Notes: generated by a model from the letters alone, not told the origin. DNA of 64,000 nucleotides from Armatimonadota bacterium (GCA_046292385.1 JBKBRF010000001.1:95305-159304); one strand, 5' to 3'. Positions 13,301-21,300 are shown, counted from the stretch's first letter. Made by a program: numbers and translations.

Positions 13301-14744
13301 CCCGCACGTTCAACGTCTCGAACGGAATGGCCGGGTTGGGCCGCTCGTAATGCAGGCTCGGCGGCAGCGTCCGATGGCAGAGAGACAGCGCCACCTTGAT
13401 GAAACCGGTGACGCCCGCCGCCGCTTCCAGATGCCCGAGGTTCGTCTTGACCGACCCCACCAGGAGCGGTACGGAGCGCTCGCGTGCGTAGACCGAGGCG
13501 AGGGCCTTCACTTCGATCGGGTCGCCCAGCCGCGTGCCGGTGCCGTGCGCCTCGACGTAGTCCACCTCCGTCGGGACTACCCTGGCGCGGGCGCAGGCGT
13601 CTCTCAGGACCCCTTCCTGCGCGCGCCGGCTCGGCGCGGTGAGGCCGTTGCTCTCCCCGTCGTTGTTGATCGCCGTTCCGCGGACCACGCAGTAGATCCG
13701 GTCGCCGTCTTCCCGCGCGCGGGAAAGCGGCTTCAGCAGCACCAGGCCGGCTCCCTCTCCGCGCACGTAGCCGTCGGCACGGGCATCGAACGTCTTGCAG
13801 CGCCCGTCCGGAGCCATCGCCCCGAACTTGGTCATGGCGACCGTGCTGGCGGGGGAGAGGATCAGGTTCACGCCGCCGGCAAAGGCGACCGTCGACTCGC
13901 CCCGGCGCAGGCTCTCACACGCCAGGTGGACCGCCACCAGGGAGGACGAGCAGGCGGTGTTGACCGTAAAGCTCGGCCCTTCCAGGCCGAGCCAGTAGGA
14001 GAGGCGCGCGGCGAGGATGCTGCTGTCCAGGCCGGTCGCCGTGTGCCGGGTGATCGTCTCCAGGTCGTGGAAGAGGCGAGCGTAGTCGCTCCACATCGCC
14101 CCGACGAAGACGCCCGCGCGCTGCCCCCGGAGCCGCGCCGCGGGTAGGCCCGCGTCTTCCAGCCCCTCCCAGGCGAGCTCCAGCAGGAGGCGCTGCTGCG
14201 GGTCGATCGCCACCGCTTCCGGCCGGGAGATGCCGAAGAGCTGCGGATCGAACTGGTCGACCCGGTCGAGGAGCCCGGCCCGCCGCGTGTTCATCGTGCC
14301 GGGCCTCTGCGGGTCCGGATCGAAGCGCGCGTCGACGTCCCAACGCTCCGGCGGGACCTCCTGGACGGCGTCTACCCCGCCGGTCAGGAGTCGCCAGAAG
14401 GCGTCGAGGTCCGGGGCGCCCGGCAGGCGGCAGGCCATTCCGACTACGGCAATCGGCTCGTCGTCCGGGAGCGGGATCATCGGCTCCGCGGCAGCGTCCG
14501 CGTTACCGGCGAGGTGCGCGGCGAGCGCCTCGATGGTCGGAAACTCCCAGACCACCGTCTCCGGCAGGGGAGCCCCAACGAAGTTGGCGAGCTCGCGGAC
14601 CAGGTCGGCGGCGCCCAGGGAGTCGATGCCGTACGACGTGAAACGCCGGCTCGGGTCGATCTCCTCGGGGGACAGTCCGCACCGGAGGGATAACTGCGAG
14701 CAGAGCCACTGTTCTACCGCCAGAGGAGTGAGTGGCGACGCCAT
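4371..14744 (-). CDS. Modular type I PKS-1: ACP-KS-AT-cMT-ACP-KS-AT-DH-ER-KR-ACP
   Basis: ORF 4371..14813, likely start ATG 14744 after GGAGGTGA. ACPs GIDSL, GLDSL, GLDSL; two KS with TACSSS/HGTGT/GH; two AT with GHSVG and HAFH (malonyl-type); MT LELGAGTGG...ASNVVHAT; DH HRIHDTTYLP and HPILLDCALQ; ER LIHAATGGVG; KR TGGSGFAG and SSAAALLGSAGQASYGAAN. Confidence 0.96.
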   Translation of the reverse strand: MASPLTPLAVEQWLCSQLSLRCGLSPEEIDPSRRFTSYGIDSLGAADLVRELANFVGAPLPETVVWEFPTIEALAAHLAGNADAAAEPMIPLPDDEPIAVVGMACRLPGAPDLDAFWRLLTGGVDAVQEVPPERWDVDARFDPDPQRPGTMNTRRAGLLDRVDQFDPQLFGISRPEAVAIDPQQRLLLELAWEGLEDAGLPAARLRGQRAGVFVGAMWSDYARLFHDLETITRHTATGLDSSILAARLSYWLGLEGPSFTVNTACSSSLVAVHLACESLRRGESTVAFAGGVNLILSPASTVAMTKFGAMAPDGRCKTFDARADGYVRGEGAGLVLLKPLSRAREDGDRIYCVVRGTAINNDGESNGLTAPSRRAQEGVLRDACARARVVPTEVDYVEAHGTGTRLGDPIEVKALASVYARERSVPLLVGSVKTNLGHLEAAAGVTGFIKVALSLCHRTLPPSLHYERPNPAIPFETLNVRVQSSLAPWPETGRPAVAGVSSFGFGGTNSHAILQEYVPAGIDASHETSEERPLHLLTLSARTEPALRELAGRYAEHPLEPLPDACFTANTGRTHLPHRLAVVGESSARVRKVLSAYHAGRDEAALVAGKAEAGRAPRVAFLFTGQGSVYPGMGRELYRTQPTFRAALDRCAETLDRLLDRPLLPLLFDDGAPLEETRCAQPALFALQYALAELWQSWGVEPDAVLGHSVGELAAACRAGGMSLPDALELVAGRARLMQSLPDGGGMTAVFASEERVRRALGGLLDPAIAAVNGPESTVLSGSRAALAEVAARLEREGIASRPLAVSHAFHSPLLDPVLEELEALASRFDYATPRARFVSALEGANGLSAAHWRRHAREPVRFADGMRALREAGCELFIEIGPHPVLVTLGRSCVEGGTWLPSLRRGKGELATLFRSLAETYVAGVKIDWHGLDRAYSRRRISLPTYPFQRERCWPDHDETLSERTTPAREVELPAVAARARSRLPELQNEAGAHRFAGVDAELDRLAAAYAHRALTRLGWDGKSDSLDGVSLDPRHARLARRLLGAALDAGPHPVPEVSSTGGAAVTLVRRCGEALAAVLSGEKDPLEVLFPGGSLEDAAELYRDCGFFHGANRLLGAAVEEIAQRPGRLRVLELGAGTGGTTAAVLPALPADRTDYCFSDVSPLFLARAREALAGYPFVRYELLDLTGPPAELHGPFDLVLASNVVHATPDLHETLRRIQPLLAPGGILALIEVTTPSTWLDLVVGTLDGWWKFADTELRPDHPLLPVETWRSVLSEAGFGPVEVIPDGLKQSLLLARAPRVRAARPSAPTLLRPAPAAHPTPPPAGQSETEEVVRRELAAVLGIDCPGTIDAHAGFFQIGLDSLTAVAFRHRLETTLARPVPAAALFARPNVRELSDWLAGAPVEEAEPAVAARSRHEPIAVVGVGCRLPGGVGSLDELARLLFDGRDAIVEVPGGRWDVEAWYDPDPDRPGKICTRYGGFLDGIDRFDAEFFGISPREAVQMDPQHRLVLEVGWEALEHAGQSPKELRGSRTGVFVGSIGSEYGDRMRAAAGTDPLSLYTLTGQANNTIAGRLSYFLGLQGPSLVVDTACSSSLVALHLACQSILSGECDTALAGGVNVLLAPEGSVVLSRARMLAPDGRCKVFDAAADGYVRGEGCGMVVLRRLSDAAARGDRILAVVRGSAVKHDGHSSGFTVPNGASQEAVIREALAHAGVDPEEVTYVEAHGTGTALGDPIEVHSLAAAYGPGRTEPLALGSVKTNLGHLEAAAGIAGLLKVVAALGHRRIPPHLHLKSLNPHLTPEGLSFTIPVETTPWEPGPHRRLAGVSSFGASGTNVHLIVEEAPPASVSAENDAAAPQLLPLSAANAPALRELIARAARHLEADAAAFSDTCFTAGVGRAHFPHRTAVVARTAAEARRALSQAVPAAVGAAPPRVAFLFTGQGSQYPGMARGLYETEPRFRAALDRCAELAREHLDVPLLPLLFEGAGRLEQTGYTQPALFAVEYALAELWQAWGVRPAAVIGHSVGEFAAACVAGVLSLEDAFSLVAARGRLMQSLPAGGGMATVFGESDQVRSLLGRAGLKVVVAAENAPGHLVLAGEERALAQAAALLREEGIESRPLAVSHAFHSPLMEPILDPLQAAADRIAPHPPRIPVVSNLTAAAQDLFDGAYWRQHARECVRFAEGIRALAGLGIDAFVEIGPQPVLTALGGQCVDGGLWLPSLRRGADDRETLLRSLGTLYELGVEVDWEALHRDRSARRVTFPTYPFQRERFWFDSLAPASAPAPAPAGSKGDDLLTDPGRRSAATGETLFEVSLDARRTVFLQDHRIHDTTYLPATVFLELAWQAAARSTRSGAILAEVDLHEALPLPLDAAREAQLCLAQDGSWQLYARDGEEWRRHATGRMEPGRALGPVPVQLDQARSRCRELVSDLYGALDDRGFHFGPRFRRVVETWRGAGEAVGRIDPGSALGWDGPRGHPILLDCALQVLAALMPDGETWMPARFERCAWHGPVPDGELWSHASVTPAADGVLLGEVRLCAPDGRLVAELCGVTMRRVSREVRRGSTAAPAYEVTWQPHPLEERDAPPLRYAVLPDHSGVGLLLADRLLAGDRGRVAVCPELAALPPDVEAVVDLRALDDEAPETVLARAAALVRELGTRATPPRLWLVSQAGEAFDGAAPSAAQAALRGFARSAALEYPGLRCGCVDLDPTASPGHQAEALLRELTAGDGGEEAAYRQGERLVPRLRPIEGSTGYEPKRLIPDTGGTLEQLRLETLTRRAPAPGEIEIQVRAAGVNFKDVLIALGRAGENPGALGAECAGEVTAVGAGVEAFRAGDRVVAFTQEALASYVTAPESLAIHLPAGVGFEAAATLPVAFLTAWYGLHELARLQPGERVLIHAATGGVGMAAVQIARAAGAEVYATASRGKWELARSLGAAHVMDSRSLSFAEEVRERTGGRGVDVVLNSFSGPAIVAGFSALAPGGRFLEIGKTEIWSRERAAAERPDVAYHPFDMKEILAAEPAWYRSLIEKILAQVEAGGLTPLPRRLYSLERAPEAFRLMAGARHTGKIVVTPSHPVELRPDGAYLVTGGSGFAGRQLARWLVERGAGHVLLVGRREPPDELRELAREWELRGTRITLARADVADPEALSAILAEVPDLRGVFHAAGVVSDALIPDLDEARFRTALEPKLHGACNLDRLTRGRDLDFFVLFSSAAALLGSAGQASYGAANAALDAIAWERRAAGLPACAINWGPLEGGMLASLSEAERTRWASRGMRPLSPERLLQAVERAIQDGAVQRVVIDADWETVARFQPSPLLSELVAPGPRPSSHASLEQVDPSERRAVLLELLRGEAARILGYRGGRPLDGRRPLAELGLDSLLAVELRNTLAGLVGCSLPSTLFFDYPTLDGLTDYLLSRLFPAEVTEAAEEATGGPADGDILDLLARELGMTDGL

Positions 14745-14748
14745 CCGG

Positions 14749-15513
14749 TCACCTCCCGGTGGGAAGCTGGAGATCGGCGGCGAGGGCGGTGAGGACCTCC
14801 TGGCGGTACTCATGGAGATAGAAGTGGCCCCCGGGGAACCGGCGCGCCTCGAAGCCCGCGGAAGTGAGCTGCCGCCACGCTTCGACTCCCGTTTCGCTCA
14901 CCTGGTGGTCGTCCCGCCCGTTGTAGAGGCTAAACGGGCAGGCGAGCGGCGGACCCGGCTCGCAGGTGTAGGTCTCGAACAGCTCAACGTCCGCGCGGAT
15001 GACCGGCAGGAAGTAGCGAACCAGCTCCGGCTCGTTCAGGATCTCCCGCGGGATGCCACCGTACCGGACCCGGATCTGCTCCACCAGCTCCTCATCCGGC
15101 AAGGGGTGGAGCAGATCTCCCTCGAGGGGGAGTGTCGGAGCGCGGCGCCCGGAGAGGAAGAGCCGGCGCGGCAGCGGCAGACCCCGCCGCGCCAGCTCTC
15201 GCGCCAGCTCAAAGGCGACGAGCGCGCCGAGACTGTGCCCGAAGAAGGCGCACTCCCGATCCAGCCACGGCTCCAGGGCAGTCGCGAGCCGCTCCACGAG
15301 CGGAGCCATCCGCGTGAAGGGGACTTCGGCGATCCGGCTCTCGCGGCCCGGCATGAGTGCCGAGCAGACCTCGATCTCGGGGGGCAGCGCTTGCCCCCAG
15401 GCGAAAAAGCTCGAGGCGCCGGCCCCCGCATGCGGGAAGCAGACGAGGCGCATGCGCGCCTCGTCTCGAGGTTTGGGGCGCACGAACCAGGAAGAACCAA
15501 CTACGGCGGGCAT
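14749..15513 (-). CDS. Type II (editing) thioesterase
   Basis: CFPHAGAGAS, PGRESR, GHSLG nucleophile motif, FPGGHFY; its stop overlaps the RBS of PKS-1. Confidence 0.93.
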   Translation of the reverse strand: MPAVVGSSWFVRPKPRDEARMRLVCFPHAGAGASSFFAWGQALPPEIEVCSALMPGRESRIAEVPFTRMAPLVERLATALEPWLDRECAFFGHSLGALVAFELARELARRGLPLPRRLFLSGRRAPTLPLEGDLLHPLPDEELVEQIRVRYGGIPREILNEPELVRYFLPVIRADVELFETYTCEPGPPLACPFSLYNGRDDHQVSETGVEAWRQLTSAGFEARRFPGGHFYLHEYRQEVLTALAADLQLPTGR

Positions 15514-15649
15514 AGATCGGACGGGTCAGGCGTAACCAGCAAAGCTTCCCGGGGCGGGACACGGGCGCCTGCCGAAGGCAGCCTGCCGTAAGCCTGAGCG
15601 ATGGTGCTGGCTACGCCGAAACCGGGCGGAAGATCCGGGATGCGTCGAT

Positions 15650-15889
15650 TTAGAAGAGGGAGAAGCCCTTCTCGCGCTCCTTCACCAGCACGATGACCGG
15701 CTGGGCATCCGCGGCGATGACTCCCGAGCGCTTCAACTCTTCGATGGTGGTCTGTACTTCACTCATCAACCGACCCTCGCCGCGCTTGAGCTTCTTGATC
15801 TTAGAGCGGGACTGCTTCCCCAGGTTCACCAGAATGGGGGACTCAGCGGAGGACTCGACTGACAGGGGGGCGACGGTTGCGGTCTCCAT
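15650..15889 (-). CDS. Small basic protein (79 aa), DUF6200-like
   Basis: PILVNLGKQSRSKIKKLKRGEGRL...AQPVIVLVKE pattern recalled from small proteins of PKS clusters; purine-rich RBS-like upstream sequence; family name needs HMM confirmation. Confidence 0.7.
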   Translation of the reverse strand: METATVAPLSVESSAESPILVNLGKQSRSKIKKLKRGEGRLMSEVQTTIEELKRSGVIAADAQPVIVLVKEREKGFSLF

Positions 15890-16044
15890 GTAGCTTGATC
15901 CTGTTCCTCTTGCGGGTCGACTACCCGGTTATCGGCCGGGGCACCGGGCTTCTTCACGTCAAACTTGCTGCGGGCCGGGCGCCCGGACGGCTGTGAAACA
16001 ATTCAGTTCGTCCCCTCCACACTTCCTTCGCGGGTAGTGGTTTT

Positions 16045-17838
16045 TCAGGGGCGTCCGGTGCCCGGCACCGGAATTTCCTTCTGAGACAAGCGGCGGGCGA
16101 TCCGGTTCAGCAGCCAGCAGGCGACGACGATACCGACCACGACCAGAACCCACACGTCGTGGGAGTGGTTCGGGAAGAAGTCTGCTATCGCGTCGAAGAC
16201 GGGGTACTTCGTCAGGTGGTCTACGGCCTCCGGGTCGTGCTGCTCCACCCAGGCGAAGATGCCGAGTGCCACCCCGAGGATCATCACGCGGGAGATGGTG
16301 CGCGTGATGAACGCGAAAACGTCCGCCGCCTTGGTGGTCACGCCTTCGAACACCTGCGCCTGGCGCCGCAGTACCGAGCCCTGGTACATGGCGAGCTCGC
16401 CGACCTGGTTGATGAGCCCGCTGGCCAGCCGGGAGACGCCCGCGCTCAAGAACCGGTTCAGGGTGCGGCGGTCTGCTCCCCGCTGGTACTTGTAGACCAG
16501 CTTGCCGTAGTCGAGGTCCGGAATCAGGAAGCTCAGGGACGCGTCCAGCGTGGCGAGCGTGCGGGTCGCCTTGAAGAACTGCCAGCTTGCGATGATGCCG
16601 TGCTGGTACATCACCCGCCCGGTCTGGGCGCCCATGTTCGAGATCGACTTCTCATGGTAGGGAAGTCCCTCGAGGCGGGCGCGCGCCGCCCAGGCGCGGT
16701 ACTCCCGCACCATCTGCCCGCGGACCTGCGTCAGGTCGATCGGCGGGATGCTCTCGCACATCATCAGCAGGATGTCGGTCGCCTTGGCGTAGTCGCCGGA
16801 GCCGATGGCGAACATCAGCAGCCGGTAAAGGTTCAGGAACCGGTTGTCGAAGCTTCCGACCGTCCCCAGGTCGATGAACGCCATCCGGCTGTTGCGGAGC
16901 AGCACGATGTTCCCCGGATGCAGATCGCCGTGGAACAGGTTGTCTTCCAGAAGCTGTCTCAAGAAGGAATTCAGCAGGCGCTTACCCAGCAGCTCGGGGT
17001 CGATGTTGTTCTCCTGGAGCCAGAGCTGCACCCCCATCGGGTCCTTCTCGCGCTGCGCGATGAAGGTCGACATCAGCGTGCCGGTGATGTACTCCATCAC
17101 CAGGACCCGCTGCGTGCTGTACCGGGTGAAGACCTTCGGAATGTAGACCTTGTGCTCGCGGAGCGTCTTCTTCATGCGCCGGAGGTTCGACTCCTCGTAC
17201 CGGTAGTCGGTCTCCTCGATCATGATCTGGCGGATCTCCCAGATCAGCTCTCCCCAGCGAAGGTGGCCCAGGATGTTGAGCCGCCGGTAGAGGCCGACCA
17301 GGGACTGGATCATGGCGAGATCGCGCGCGAAGGTGGCGCTCACGTCGGGCCGCTGGACCTTGACGGCCACCCAGCAGCCCTCTCTTCGGAGCCGGGCACG
17401 GTGGACCTGCGAGATCGACGCGGCGGCGAACGGGAGCGGATCGAACTCGTCGAATACCTCCTCCAGCGGCATACCGAGCTCGCTCTCCACGATCTGGCGG
17501 GCGACGTGGGAGGGGAAGCCGGTGGCCTCGTACTGGAGCTTGGCGAGCTCGTTGCAGAACTCGGTGGAGAAGAGGTCCGCGCGGAGGGAGATGAGCTGCC
17601 CCGCCTTGACCCAGAGGCCTCCCATCCGCTCGAGCAGCCGGCGAAGGCGCTGGGCGGCCGCCCGCGGGGTGTTCCGTCCGGTGAGCTTCAGCCACAGCGC
17701 GCCGATCAGCCAACCGAGCACGTAGAGCGCCTGGGTTAACGCTCGGAACCGGCTGGGGGGAGCCGGCTCCACGATCGGCACCTTCGGCGCTCCGGAGCGG
17801 GGGACCAGCTCCGTGACGATCAGCTCCTGCTTCAGCAT
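16045..17838 (-). CDS. ABC1/AarF/UbiB-family atypical protein kinase with C-terminal membrane helices
   Basis: KAGQLIS, AAASISQVH, VAVKVQRP, LVMEYI, FHGDLHPGN, IDLG motifs; hydrophobic C-terminal segments. Confidence 0.92.
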   Translation of the reverse strand: MLKQELIVTELVPRSGAPKVPIVEPAPPSRFRALTQALYVLGWLIGALWLKLTGRNTPRAAAQRLRRLLERMGGLWVKAGQLISLRADLFSTEFCNELAKLQYEATGFPSHVARQIVESELGMPLEEVFDEFDPLPFAAASISQVHRARLRREGCWVAVKVQRPDVSATFARDLAMIQSLVGLYRRLNILGHLRWGELIWEIRQIMIEETDYRYEESNLRRMKKTLREHKVYIPKVFTRYSTQRVLVMEYITGTLMSTFIAQREKDPMGVQLWLQENNIDPELLGKRLLNSFLRQLLEDNLFHGDLHPGNIVLLRNSRMAFIDLGTVGSFDNRFLNLYRLLMFAIGSGDYAKATDILLMMCESIPPIDLTQVRGQMVREYRAWAARARLEGLPYHEKSISNMGAQTGRVMYQHGIIASWQFFKATRTLATLDASLSFLIPDLDYGKLVYKYQRGADRRTLNRFLSAGVSRLASGLINQVGELAMYQGSVLRRQAQVFEGVTTKAADVFAFITRTISRVMILGVALGIFAWVEQHDPEAVDHLTKYPVFDAIADFFPNHSHDVWVLVVVGIVVACWLLNRIARRLSQKEIPVPGTGRP

Positions 17839-17937
17839 GCGCCTACAGACCTCGGGGGCGGAACGAGCGACGGGGCGAGGGCGTGAGGCTGCGGCGCCGC
17901 TGCTGGGGGTGGTAGCGGGGAGGTTGGGAGGAAGCTC

Positions 17938-17960
17938 GCGAGGCGTCGAAAGAGCCTCGC
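17938..17960 (-). terminator. Stem-loop just downstream of the first small gene (possible attenuator or stabiliser)
   Basis: GCGAGGC-gtcgaaaga-GCCTCGC 7-bp inverted repeat 7 nt after the stop at 17968; no clear U-tract. Confidence 0.35.
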
Positions 17961-17967
17961 CCGGCGG

Positions 17968-18288
17968 TTAGGACCAGAAGAGCCGCTGGATCTTGAGCCG
18001 CTTCATGCCGGTGCGCGCCGCCTTCGGCACGTTCACGCCCAGGTCCTTCAGCCAGCCGTCCTTCTTCCGCGCGTTGGAGCGACGGTGGCGGCTCAGGTAC
18101 GCAGAGCTCGCCGCCGTCTGCGCGAGCGACATGCGATGGATCGCCTTCTCGAGCCCCCGGAGCGCCTTCGAGCTCTTCTTGGGCTTGCGGCGATCGTCGC
18201 TGACCAGGACCCGCGGCCGGCAATCGACCGGGTTGTTATCCAGGATCACCACGGACTTCACCGAGCGAGGGAGTTTCAGCGTGTTCAT
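17968..18288 (-). CDS. Small highly basic protein (106 aa), DUF6312-like
   Basis: KKSSKALRGLEKAIHR...YLSRHRRSNARKKDGWLKDL..N pattern; codon usage matches neighbours; family name from memory. Confidence 0.72.
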   Translation of the reverse strand: MNTLKLPRSVKSVVILDNNPVDCRPRVLVSDDRRKPKKSSKALRGLEKAIHRMSLAQTAASSAYLSRHRRSNARKKDGWLKDLGVNVPKAARTGMKRLKIQRLFWS

Positions 18289-18323
18289 AGGAGGAGTGTA
18301 TCATGCCCTCGCTTGACTGCCTA
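18289..18323 (-). promoter_or_regulatory. Putative sigma70-type promoter giving a leaderless transcript
   Basis: Minus strand reads TAGGCA-N17-TACACT with extended -10 (TG-A-TACACT), then CCTCCT and the ATG at 18288; no Shine-Dalgarno sequence. Confidence 0.55.
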
Positions 18324-18387
18324 TGGATGCGTTCGAACATTTCCGCCGGCTCGACAGCTGCACCTCGCCGGCTCCGGGGGTTCCGCG

Positions 18388-21300
18388 TCACCTTCCGCGA
18401 GGTCCGCGGCGATCCGCAGGCAGCTCCGGGGCCACCTGCGCCTGCTGTCTACGCCGGGTCAGGTACTCCGCCGCTTCGTCGAACAGCGAGTAGACTACCG
18501 GGACCACGACCAGGGTAAGGAGGGTGGAGCTGAAGAGCCCGCCGACCACCGCGGTGGCCATGGAGGCCTGCAGCTCCGCGCCCTTGCCGATTCCGAGGGC
18601 CAGCGGCAGCATGCCGAGCATGGCGGCGCTCGCCGTCATCAGGATCGGTCGCAGGCGGGTGGGCGCGGCGGTGAGGAGCGCCTCCCGGCGTGCCATGCCC
18701 TGCTCGCGGAGCAGGTTGGTGTAGTCCACCAGAAGGATCCCGTTCTTGACCGCGATTCCGATCAGCATCAGGATTCCGATGAAGGTCATCAGTCCCATCG
18801 AGCGCCCGCTGAAGAAGAGCGCCAGCGTGACGCCCAGGGATGCCAGCGGAACCGTGAGCAAGATCGTGAACGGGTGGATCAGCGACTCGAACTGCGCGGC
18901 GAGGAGCATGTAGATCAGCGCGAGCGCCAGGATGATGGCGAAGCCGAGGCTGGCCGCCTCCTGCAGGGCCTGGCGCTGCTGCAGCCCCCACTCCCAGTGG
19001 TAGCCCTTGGGGAGCTGCAGACCCGCCAGCGCTTTGTTGATGTCCTTCTGTATCTCGGTGGCCGGCCGGTCGGTGGAGTGGACCGTTACCGAGACATACC
19101 GCTGGCGGTTCTGGCGGGTGATCTGGGTCGGCCCGAAGCCATACTCCGGCTGTGCTACCTGGCCGAGGCGCACGAAGGCCGGCGCGGCGCCGGCGGTGGA
19201 GGCCAGCTCTACCGGCAGGTCCGGGGAGAGCGGCAGGTTGACCAACTCGTCGGCGGTAGTCCGCTGCGCCTCCCGCAGCCGGACGATGATCGGGTGCTGG
19301 AGACCCGCTTCCTGGAAGTAGCTGGCGATGGTGCCGCCGGTCGCGCTCTCCAGGGTGCGGCCGATATCGGAGTAGGAGATGCCCATCTCGGCCGCCTTCT
19401 CACGGTCTACGGCCCACTGCAGCTCCGGCTTCGCCTGCTCCCAGCCGAGCTCGGCCGAAGAGCAGCCGGGGATCGACTGCACGCGCCGGAGCACCTCCTC
19501 CGCGAGCTGCCCCAGGGTGTCGAGGTCCTGTCCGTAAAGATCAAACTCCAGGCCCGCGTCGCCGCCGTTGGCGATCTGGGAGATCAGGTCCATCGGCACG
19601 AGAGAGATGCGCGCGCCGGGAATGTCCGAAAGCTGCCGCTCCAGCTCGCGGGTCACTTGCTTGGTAGTCTGGTGCCGCTGCTCCTTGAGCATCACCATCA
19701 CGGCCCCGACGTTCGAGTCTTCCGACGGTGAGGTGCCCATGAGAGTGAGCGGCGCGCCGACGGAGCAGAACGCCGACTCCACCGCCGGATGCTGAAGCAG
19801 CGTCTTCTCCACGCGCTGCATCACCCGGTCGGTCCGCGCCAGGGCGGTGCCGACCGGCATCTTGACGTTGACCGTGAAGTTGCCGGTATCTGTGGCCGGC
19901 ATCATCTCCACCGGGATGAACTGTCCCAGACCCGCGGAGGCGGCGGTGGCCGCCACGATGCCGCCCAGCACCCAGGGTCGGTGGGCGAGGGCCCAGCGCA
20001 GGATGGCGCTGTAATTCGCCTCTAGCCCCGTCAGGAAACGGTCGAAGCCGCGGAAGAGAACCTGAAGCGGCCCCCGCGGCGTTTCCGCCGCCTCTTCTTC
20101 CGGAGGCCGCGCCTTGAACCGGGCCATCATCATCGGCACGATGGAGAGCGCGTCGAGCAGCGAGACGGCCAGCGAGAAGGCGACCACCAGCGCGAACTGC
20201 ATGAAGAGCTGACCCGCCATTCCCTGTACCAGCAGGAGCGGCAGGAAGACCACCATGATCGTGAGCGTGGAGGAGATCGTCGCCACCGCGATCTCGCTGG
20301 TGCCGGTCACGGCGGCCTCTGCCGCGGGACGGTGATCGCGCTCCATGTGCCGGAAGATGTTCTCCAGCACGACGACGGCATCGTCCACGATCAACCCGGT
20401 AGCGAGCGAGAGTCCGCCGAGCGACATCGTGTTCAGGCTGAACCCGCAGAGGTAGAAGAGCGCGAAGGTGGAGATGATCGAGATCGGGATCGAGAGCGCG
20501 ACCACGATGGTGCTGCGGACGCTGCGCAGGAAGAAGAGCAGGATCACCACGGCGAGCGCGCCGCCCAGGAGGGCATTGTCCCGCACGTCCGCCACCGAAT
20601 CAGCGATAAAGCCCGACTGATCCGACGCGACGCTGAACTTCAGCTCCGGATAGGTCCGCTCGATCTGGCGCACCTTCTCCATCACCGCCTCGACGGTGGT
20701 GATGGTGTTCGCCGCCGATTGCTTGGTGATGACGAGGCCGGCCGCCGGCTTGCCGTTGAGGCGCGCGAAGGAGCGCAGCTCCGGGGTGCCTTCTTCCACG
20801 TGCGCGACGTCCCGGAGAGCCACCACCTGCCCGTTCGTCGAGCCGAGTGGTAAGTCGGCGAGCTGCTTCAGGTCTTTGAACCAGCCGACCGTGCGCAGAC
20901 GAAACTCGCTGTCGCTCTGGCGGGTGATGCCCCCGGGGAGGTTGATGTTCTCCTGGCCGATCCGGTTGATGATGCCGGAGAGCGACTGCTTCCGCGCCAC
21001 CAACCGGTCGCGGTCTACCTCCACCACAATCGCGCGCTGCGGGGCCCCGGTGACGGCGGCCGCGGCCACTCCGTTGGCGGACTCCAGCAGCGGCGCGATC
21101 TCGTCCCGCAGCAGGGTGCCGAGCCGGACCGATTCCATCTCACCCGAGACGGCCAGGATCAGGATCGGCAGCGCGGACGCGCGGAACTTGTAGACCGACG
21201 GGACCTGGAGCAGCGGGTCGTTCGGAAAGCTGGCGCGCGCGGTCTGGATCGCCTGCAGCACGTCGACCGCAGCCTGGTCCACGCTGGTGCCCCAGTTGAA

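Noticed and set aside
7536..14147. Long plus-strand ORFs 7536-11048, 11079-12038 and 12093-14147
   Set aside because: Antisense shadows of PKS-1.
2950..14400. Repeated DNA segments among the KS and AT regions
   Set aside because: Ordinary paralogy of PKS domains, not mobile or CRISPR repeats.
14745..14813. ORF-track start of PKS-1 at 14813
   Set aside because: It overlaps TEII; ATG 14744 has a strong RBS and begins the ACP domain.
16159..19731. Plus-strand ORFs of 526 and 548 aa
   Set aside because: Antisense to the kinase and RND genes; no independent evidence.
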